Origin: Acidimicrobiia bacterium
GTDB taxonomy: Bacteria; Acidobacteriota; Vicinamibacteria; Vicinamibacterales; SCN-69-37
Direction: 5' to 3'
Length of the DNA: 64,000 nucleotides
NCBI GenBank assembly: GCA_016871335.1
Contig: VFZF01000003.1
Coordinates: 63,205-127,204 of the forward strand
A model generated the notes under the pieces. That model did no database searches and was not told the DNA's origin. It saw nothing but the letters and a program-made list of their open reading frames with translations. Shown here piece by piece: positions 58,161 to 64,000 of this stretch. Numbering within the stretch: the first letter of the stretch is position 1; every line of letters starts with the position of its first letter. A program made the translations under genes and the position numbers.

Positions 58161-59453
58161 CTATGGATACATCCGATACAACATCCGGGGATACGGAATG
58201 GCTTCGCGCAGGTGGTCGAGTCCGCAGATCCAGGACACGACACGTTCGATGCCCATGCCGAAACCGGCGTGGGGCACGCTGCCGAAGCGGCGCAGATCGA
58301 GATACCACTCGAACGCTTCCTGCGGCAGGTTGTGGTCCTTGATGCGCTGCAGCAGCACGTCGAGGTCTTCGAGGCGCTGACCGCCGCCGATGATCTCTCC
58401 GTACCCTTCCGGCGCGAGGATGTCGACCGACAACGACACCTCGGGACGACCATCCATCGGCTTGAAATAAAACGCCTTGATCTCACTCGGATACCCCGTC
58501 ACCGCCACAGGACCATCAAAGTGCTCCGACAGCGCGGTCTCATCCGGACTGCCGAAGTCGCCACCCCACTCAAAGGGCAGGCCCTTGCTCTTCAACAACG
58601 TCACGGCATCGTCATAGGTGATGCGCGCGAAGGGTTTCGCGATGCGCTCGAGCTTCGCGGTGTCTCGCTCGAGCACCTTCAGCTCACGCTGCTTCTTCTC
58701 GAGCACCCGTTCGATCACCGAAACCACCAGGCCCTGCGCCAGTTCGATGATGTCCTCAAGGTTGGCGTAGGCCACCTCGGGTTCGACCATCCAGAACTCC
58801 GTCAGATGCCGGCGTGTCTTGGATTTCTCTGCGCGGAACGTCGGACCGAAGCAGTACACCCGCCCAAGTGCCATCGCATTCGCTTCGTTGTAGAGCTGAC
58901 CACTCTGTGTCAGATAGGCCGTCGCATCGTCGAAGTACTGCACCGGGAAGAGCGTGGTGGTGCCTTCACAGGCGGACGGCGTGAAGATCGGCGTGTCGGC
59001 CAGCACAAAGCCAAGGTTGTTGAAGTAGTCGCGCACGGCATCGATCACTTCGTGGCGGATGCGGAGGACGGCCTGCTGCCGCTGCGAACGAATCCACAGG
59101 TGACGGCGATCCATGAGGAAGTCCACGCCGTGTGCCTTCGGCGTGATGGGGAAGTCGGTCGCGGCGCTCACCAGCTCGAGGCCGGTGATATCGAGCTCAC
59201 ACCCGCCCGGCGCCCGCGAATCCGCGCGCGCGGCGCCATGCACGATGATGGCGCTTTCCTGGGAGAGGTGGCTGGCCACGTCGAACGTCTCGTCGCCGAC
59301 CTGCGCCTTCGACATCACGGCCTGGATGAACCCGGAGCCGTCGCGTACCTGGAGGAAGTGGATCTTACCGCTGGACCTGCGGTTCGCCAGCCACCCCTTG
59401 ATGGTGACCGGGGAGCCGACGTGCTTCGCGATGTCTTCGATATAGACGTGCAT
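58161..59453 (-). CDS. asnS: Asparagine--tRNA ligase
   Basis: Class IIb motifs [10 protein letters not shown]...[12 protein letters not shown] and GGGQR...[15 protein letters not shown]. Length is 430 aa from ATG 59453. Confidence 0.9.
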   Translation of the reverse strand: MHVYIEDIAKHVGSPVTIKGWLANRRSSGKIHFLQVRDGSGFIQAVMSKAQVGDETFDVASHLSQESAIIVHGAARADSRAPGGCELDITGLELVSAATDFPITPKAHGVDFLMDRRHLWIRSQRQQAVLRIRHEVIDAVRDYFNNLGFVLADTPIFTPSACEGTTTLFPVQYFDDATAYLTQSGQLYNEANAMALGRVYCFGPTFRAEKSKTRRHLTEFWMVEPEVAYANLEDIIELAQGLVVSVIERVLEKKQRELKVLERDTAKLERIAKPFARITYDDAVTLLKSKGLPFEWGGDFGSPDETALSEHFDGPVAVTGYPSEIKAFYFKPMDGRPEVSLSVDILAPEGYGEIIGGGQRLEDLDVLLQRIKDHNLPQEAFEWYLDLRRFGSVPHAGFGMGIERVVSWICGLDHLREAIPYPRMLYRMYP

Positions 59454-59463
59454 CCGTTCTAGT

Positions 59464-60462
59464 CTAGCGGAACTCCTCAACGTACCGGGCGAGCAGGTCC
59501 CGCAGGGGGGCAAAGCGCTGGTACTTGTGGACCTGAGCCCGGGCGTAGCGCAAGGTTCGCGGGATGTACTGGATGTAGACCGTATTGGACTTGGCGGTCG
59601 TCTGGTAGCCGAACGTGCCCAGGGCCTTGAGGTTGCGCTGCAGGGCCATCTCGTCGAACCGCCGCCGGAAGTCGGTGCCCTCACCCGACCGGCCGCCCAG
59701 TGCCAGAAAGTAGGCCAGCAACTCGTCCACGTCCTCGTCGGAAATATCGACGTACGAATCGCGGAGCAGCGACACCAGGTCGTAGGTGTCCGGGCCCATG
59801 CGCGCGTCCTGAAAATCGATGATCCACAGCTGCCCGTGCGCCAGCATCAGATTCCGGCTGTGGTAATCGCGATGGCACAACACCCTCGGCTCGGCCGCGA
59901 GCGTGGCCACGAGCGCCCCGAGTTCCGTACGCAGGGCATCCCGATCTCCCGGCGCAAACTCGACGCCCCGAAAGGCTTCGAGGAAGTGTTTGAGGAAGAA
60001 GTCCATCTCCCACGTGAGCTTCTCGACATCAAACGCGATCCCGTACGGCACGTACTTCGGACTGGCCAGTTCCCGCCCGCGCCGCTGCATCGTCTCGATG
60101 AACCCGACCGCCTGCCGATAGAGGGCCGCGTGTTCCGCAGACGGCGCCGCACCGACGTGGGCCTGCATCGTGACGTCCCCGAGATCGCTCAGGGCGAGCA
60201 CGCCGTGATCGGCCGCTTCACCCAGGATGGTCGGCACCGGCACCGGCATCGCGGCAAACAGCTCCGCGACGTTCACGAAGGGCAACGAGGCGTAGTCGAA
60301 GGCCGCCGCATTCACCGCCAGGACAAACGACCGCCCCTCCTTCGGGATGACCCGGAAATACCGCCGGTCCGACGCATCGCCGGTCAGGGGGACCACGCGC
60401 GCAGACGTTTGTTTGGTGCGATCGAGATAGATCTGGACGGGAGCGGGAAGCGCGCGAGACAC
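59464..60462 (-). CDS. amgK: Aminoglycoside-phosphotransferase-fold kinase, probably anomeric MurNAc/GlcNAc kinase
   Basis: [14 protein letters not shown], the catalytic loop [10 protein letters not shown], and IIDFQDA. It is paired divergently with a MurU-like nucleotidyltransferase. Confidence 0.65.
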   Translation of the reverse strand: MSRALPAPVQIYLDRTKQTSARVVPLTGDASDRRYFRVIPKEGRSFVLAVNAAAFDYASLPFVNVAELFAAMPVPVPTILGEAADHGVLALSDLGDVTMQAHVGAAPSAEHAALYRQAVGFIETMQRRGRELASPKYVPYGIAFDVEKLTWEMDFFLKHFLEAFRGVEFAPGDRDALRTELGALVATLAAEPRVLCHRDYHSRNLMLAHGQLWIIDFQDARMGPDTYDLVSLLRDSYVDISDEDVDELLAYFLALGGRSGEGTDFRRRFDEMALQRNLKALGTFGYQTTAKSNTVYIQYIPRTLRYARAQVHKYQRFAPLRDLLARYVEEFR

Positions 60463-60485
60463 GTCGCTAGTCTACTCGTGCGCAT

Positions 60486-60549
60486 GGAGGATTGGGGATT
60501 GGGGATTGAGGATGTGAATTGGGGAATTGCGTGATCGAGGAATTGGAGG
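60486..60549 (+). repeat. Degenerate G-rich heptamer repeats in the amgK-murU divergent region
   Basis: The sequence is GGAGG ATTGGGG ATTGGGG ATTGAGG ATGTGA ATTGGGG AATTGCG TGATCGAGG AATTGGAGG. The last GGAGG serves as the murU SD. Confidence 0.8.
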
Positions 60550-60562
60550 ATGATCTACGTCG

Positions 60563-61456
60563 ATGTTGCCCACCATCGTTCTCACCGCCGGCCTTGGAAC
60601 CCGACTGGCGCCGCTCACGCGGCTGCTGGCCAAACCGGCCGTGCCTGTGGCTGGCAAGGCGCTGATTGTGCGCGTCCTTGAATGGCTCGAGCGTGAGGGC
60701 GTGCGGGACCTCGTGCTCAACCTCCATCACCTCCCTGCGACAGTCACGGGCATCGTCGGTGACGGTTCGCAGTGGGGTGTGCGGGTTCGGTATTCCTGGG
60801 AGCGCGAGATCCTCGGGTCAGCCGGCGGGCCCAAACTGGCGCTGTCCCTCTGGCCTGGCCATGACGGCCCGTGCCTCATCGTCAACGGCGATACGTTGAC
60901 GGACTTCGCGTTGTCACCCCTGATCGCGGCGCACAACGCCGCCCGCGCCGAGGGAGCGGTGGCGACGATGGCGGTGGTGGAAAATTCGAGGCCGGATCAT
61001 TACAACGGGCTGCGACTGGATGCGGACGGTCGTGTGATCGCCGTTGTGCCGAAGGGGCACACCGAAGAGACGTGGCATTTCATCGGAGTCCAGGTGGTCG
61101 AATCGCGGGTCTTTGCGGACGTCCCAGCGAACACTCCTGCCGAGACAGTTGCGGGCATTTATCGGACGCTCGTCGCCAATCAGCCCGGCGCCATCCGTGC
61201 ATGGCGTGTGGACGCACCATGCATCGACGTCGGTACGCCGGCGGACTACCTGGATGCCGTCTTGCGAGTTGCGCGCGCGGAAGGGCAGAGCACAACCCCT
61301 GTGGTCGAGGCCCCTTGGGCGCCAGACCAGTCACCGGCGGTCATCGATCCCACAGCGCAATTAAGAGATTGTGTGGTGTGGCCCGGGGCAGTGGTGGGCG
61401 CAGGCGCCGCGCTGACGCGGTGCATCGTCTTTCCAGATGGGCAGGTGGACGGCTGA
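60563..61456 (+). CDS. murU: Sugar-1-phosphate nucleotidyltransferase, probably MurNAc-1-P uridylyltransferase
   Basis: VLTAGLGTRLAPLTRLLAKPAVPVAGKALI is the nucleotidyltransferase signature. It is paired with the AmgK-like kinase. Confidence 0.65.
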   Translation: MLPTIVLTAGLGTRLAPLTRLLAKPAVPVAGKALIVRVLEWLEREGVRDLVLNLHHLPATVTGIVGDGSQWGVRVRYSWEREILGSAGGPKLALSLWPGHDGPCLIVNGDTLTDFALSPLIAAHNAARAEGAVATMAVVENSRPDHYNGLRLDADGRVIAVVPKGHTEETWHFIGVQVVESRVFADVPANTPAETVAGIYRTLVANQPGAIRAWRVDAPCIDVGTPADYLDAVLRVARAEGQSTTPVVEAPWAPDQSPAVIDPTAQLRDCVVWPGAVVGAGAALTRCIVFPDGQVDG

Positions 61457-61460
61457 GCCA

Positions 61461-61490
61461 CCGCCCACCCGCCCATCGACCCACCCGCTC
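61461..61490 (-). other. G-quadruplex-type motif (minus strand) in the convergent murU/degP gap
   Basis: The minus strand reads GGGTGGGTCGATGGGCGGGTGGG: five G3 tracts with loops of 1-5 nt. There is no hairpin terminator in this 39-nt gap. Confidence 0.6.
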
Positions 61491-61495
61491 AACTC

Positions 61496-63058
61496 TCAGC
61501 GCTTGCGAATCGGCACCGACTGCTCGGCGCCCTCGCGCCAGACGCCGACCACGATCAGTGAACCGGCCCGCGCACTGCTCAGGCGCTTGGCCACTTCGTC
61601 CACCGACGTCACCGCGACGCCATTGATCGCGAGGATGACGTCACCACGCGCAAACAGACCGCGTGCGGCACTTGACGGATCCACGTTGGCGACGACGGCA
61701 CCGCCCCGTCCTTGCGGAATGCGGAGCTGGCGCGCCGCCGCCGGTGTGATCGGCTCGATCGAGAGGCCGAGGCCGATCTCGGTCGGGGCTTCAGGTTCCG
61801 GCGTCACCTCCGGACGTTCGTCGCCGCCGGCGGTCTCCACTTCCGTTGCCAGGTCCAGCTCTTCGATCGTCACAGTGAGCGTCAGCGGCTTGCCGCCACG
61901 GACGACTTTGAGGGGCACCTTCGTGCCGGGGGCCGTCCGCGTGACCATGTTGGTCAGGTCGTCGCTCTTGCTCACCGGCTTGCCGTTGTATTCCACGACG
62001 AAGTCGCCGGATTTCACGCCCGCGAGATCCGCCGGGCCCTTGGCGTTGACCTGCGAAATGAGTGCGGCACCCGTCGAGGGCAGGCCCAGGTCGCGCAGAT
62101 CGGCCGCGCTGATCGGCTGGTTCGACACGAACACGCCGATGCGCCCTCGCACGACCTTGCCGCCGCGCAGCCCGGTGAGGATTTCCTTGACCGTGTTGAT
62201 CGGGACCGCAAAGCCGATGCCGATGTTGCCGCCGGACCGGTCGGAGATGATCGCCGTGTTCACGCCGACCACTTCACCGCGCACGTTGAGCAACGGCCCG
62301 CCGGAATTGCCGCGATTGATCGCCGCATCCGTCTGAATCATCTCCAGATCACGCCCGGGCACCGGACGAAGGTCCGCATCGGTCCTGCCGACCGCACTCA
62401 CCACGCCGACGGTCACCGTGTTCGTGAAACCGAACGGGCTGCCGATGGCCATGACCCAGTCGCCGGGGCCAAGCTGATCGGAGTCACCAAACTTCGCTTC
62501 CGTCAGGGGCGTCTCCGGCATTTCGGTCAACTGAATCAGCGCGCTGTCGGTCAGCACGTCGCGGCCGACGACCTTCGCCGACAGGCCGGACTCAAGGCCA
62601 TTCGGATCCATCCCGTAGAGAAAGACTTCAATGCTCGACGCGTTTTCCACGACGTGGTTGTTCGTGAGGATGTAGCCCGCCTTGTCGATCACAAACCCGC
62701 TGCCGCCACCTTCCGCGGGGGGCAACTGCTGCTGGGGCGGAGCCTGCCGCCCACGGGGCTGGCCGGGCATCTGGAAGAACTCTTCGAGGAGGCCACCGTC
62801 CCCGCCGCCGCGACCGGAGCGACGTTCGGTGCGCGTCCGGATGCTGACCACGACCGGATTCTGCGAGGACGCAATGTTCCGGAACGTGGACGCATCCAGC
62901 GGCCCGTCAAGCGGGGCGCTGTTCGTCGCCGGAATATTGACCGTGCGGGCGAACGATGCGGGCGTCAGATCGAGGCGTGACGCGATCACCATGCCGGCCG
63001 CCAGCGAGGCGACGGCGATCAGGAAACTATAGAAGAACGTGGCCTTACGGTTCGACAT
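61496..63058 (-). CDS. Do/DegP/HtrA-family serine endoprotease with two PDZ domains
   Basis: The catalytic triad contexts are TNNHVV, DSALIQL and GNSGGPLLN. Two PDZ regions follow. An N-terminal anchor is present. I use ATG 63058. Confidence 0.92.
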   Translation of the reverse strand: MSNRKATFFYSFLIAVASLAAGMVIASRLDLTPASFARTVNIPATNSAPLDGPLDASTFRNIASSQNPVVVSIRTRTERRSGRGGGDGGLLEEFFQMPGQPRGRQAPPQQQLPPAEGGGSGFVIDKAGYILTNNHVVENASSIEVFLYGMDPNGLESGLSAKVVGRDVLTDSALIQLTEMPETPLTEAKFGDSDQLGPGDWVMAIGSPFGFTNTVTVGVVSAVGRTDADLRPVPGRDLEMIQTDAAINRGNSGGPLLNVRGEVVGVNTAIISDRSGGNIGIGFAVPINTVKEILTGLRGGKVVRGRIGVFVSNQPISAADLRDLGLPSTGAALISQVNAKGPADLAGVKSGDFVVEYNGKPVSKSDDLTNMVTRTAPGTKVPLKVVRGGKPLTLTVTIEELDLATEVETAGGDERPEVTPEPEAPTEIGLGLSIEPITPAAARQLRIPQGRGGAVVANVDPSSAARGLFARGDVILAINGVAVTSVDEVAKRLSSARAGSLIVVGVWREGAEQSVPIRKR

Positions 63059-63077
63059 TGCCTTCAGCTCCCAACAA

Positions 63078-63083
63078 AGTATA
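63078..63083 (-). promoter_or_regulatory. Candidate -10 element (GGTATACT) upstream of the degP-like gene
   Basis: The minus strand reads GGGTATACT, 19 nt upstream of ATG 63058, and GGGAGCTGAAGG lies between them. The octamer matches the one upstream of tatA. Confidence 0.25.
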
Positions 63084-63147
63084 CCCAACCCATAGGACGA
63101 CCCCGCGCGCCTGAAAGTTTTCGGCCGGCCGGCCTTTAACGCCGGCT

Positions 63148-63606
63148 TTACATTTCGCCGTTCCAGTCCTCAGGCTCGGGCGCCGTGGACCGGAACACTT
63201 CGAGATGCCACTTCCCGCCACCCCACGGCTCGATGATGTCGGCCGCGATGACGTCCACCAGGATTTCGTGGAACGTCCGCTGTTCGGGGTCCTTCTCGAG
63301 GTGATACGCCGGGTCTTCCCAGGTGAACGTCGGGTAGAGCAGCACGGTCAGAAACAGGTCAAACCCATCGTCGATCACCATGATCATGCCGACCGGGCGC
63401 TTCTGGGTGGCGTGATACACGAGGTACTTCTCGGCGCTCTGGGCCCGGATGTACCGCTTCAGGGTGAACTCGCGCGCCACGATGTCTTCGACGGCGATCT
63501 TCTTGTCCCAGCAGTCGCGGCAGTACCGCTCGTCGCCACGGGGTTCAACGACGTCCTTTGCGCTGCAGAGCGCACAGCGGATGGGTTCCGTCCCTTTTCG
63601 AGCCAT
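63148..63606 (-). CDS. Zinc-ribbon-containing protein, unknown function
   Basis: N-terminal CALC-x13-CRDC, followed by about 110 aa with no motif I recognise. Confidence 0.6.
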   Translation of the reverse strand: MARKGTEPIRCALCSAKDVVEPRGDERYCRDCWDKKIAVEDIVAREFTLKRYIRAQSAEKYLVYHATQKRPVGMIMVIDDGFDLFLTVLLYPTFTWEDPAYHLEKDPEQRTFHEILVDVIAADIIEPWGGGKWHLEVFRSTAPEPEDWNGEM

Positions 63607-63623
63607 GTATCAGTGGTCCAATT

Positions 63624-64000
63624 CTATCGCTTGAACGCAGGCGCGTACGCCCGCTCAATGTAGTCCTTCAGCATGCGCCGCGTGCTGAACCGCGGGGTCA
63701 CCGTCGCGATCGACCGCCGGACGATGGCCAGCCAGCGTGTGGGCAGGTTCTTCGGGCCACGCGTATAAAACGCCGGGATGACCGACTGTTCGAGCAGGTC
63801 GTAGAGTGCCGCAGCGTCGGCGTCATCGACGACGCCCTGGTCCGTCGTTTCCGCGCGCCCGTCGATGAGCCAGCCGTTGTCGCCCGCGTAGCCTTCGGCC
63901 CACCAGCCGTCCCCAATCGAGAGGTGCGGCACACCGTTCATCGCGGCCTTCATGCCCGAGGTGCCGGAGGCTTCCAGAGGTTTCCGCGGGTTGTTGAGCC
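63624..64000 (-). CDS. glgP: Alpha-glucan phosphorylase (GT35), C-terminal part; gene continues beyond the window
   Basis: The PLP-Lys motif EASGTSGMK is read by hand at 63950-63976. It is followed by AAMNGVPHLSIGDGWW. The frame is open to the window edge. Confidence 0.85.
   Translation of the reverse strand, partial: LNNPRKPLEASGTSGMKAAMNGVPHLSIGDGWWAEGYAGDNGWLIDGRAETTDQGVVDDADAAALYDLLEQSVIPAFYTRGPKNLPTRWLAIVRRSIATVTPRFSTRRMLKDYIERAYAPAFKR

Overview
This is a 64-kb window from a high-GC bacterial chromosome; G+C looks like roughly two-thirds by eye and was not computed. Gene content fits Acidobacteriota or Gemmatimonadota, but I cannot place it from sequence alone. I recognised no rRNA, tRNA, CRISPR array, transposase or integrase.

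The window has three parts:
- **0-24 kb, mostly housekeeping:** a translationally coupled prepilin peptidase plus pseudopilin cluster, aroB, proS, an OmpA-family protein, tatA-tatC, an S41 protease, smc, an M48 protease, and a Kbl-like/molybdopterin-oxidoreductase operon.
- **24-41.6 kb, accessory stretch:** intact genes are interleaved with about ten gene remnants. The intact genes are SRPBCC, lipocalin, SDR/DUF2867, alpha/beta hydrolase, amidohydrolase, and a tight CHASE2-cyclase / M48 protease / cNMP-domain MscS channel operon.
- **41.6-64 kb, minus-strand RNA and translation block:** pnp-rpsO-truB-metK-ypdA, vapBC, ytxJ, nrnA-rbfA-infB-nusA-rimP, an SGNH hydrolase, glbO, rimO, asnS, amgK/murU, degP, and a partial glgP.

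Observations most worth a second look:
1. The three-gene cyclic-nucleotide unit at 34.7-39.3 kb.
2. An imperfect ~60-bp direct repeat that duplicates the pnp stop-codon region and brackets 10 kb of the accessory DNA.
3. Two small families of conserved hairpin repeats at gene ends, one of which shows compensatory stem changes around a conserved loop.
4. The density of truncated or fused gene remnants.

All protein-family calls rest on motifs read by eye from the supplied translations; no database search was run.
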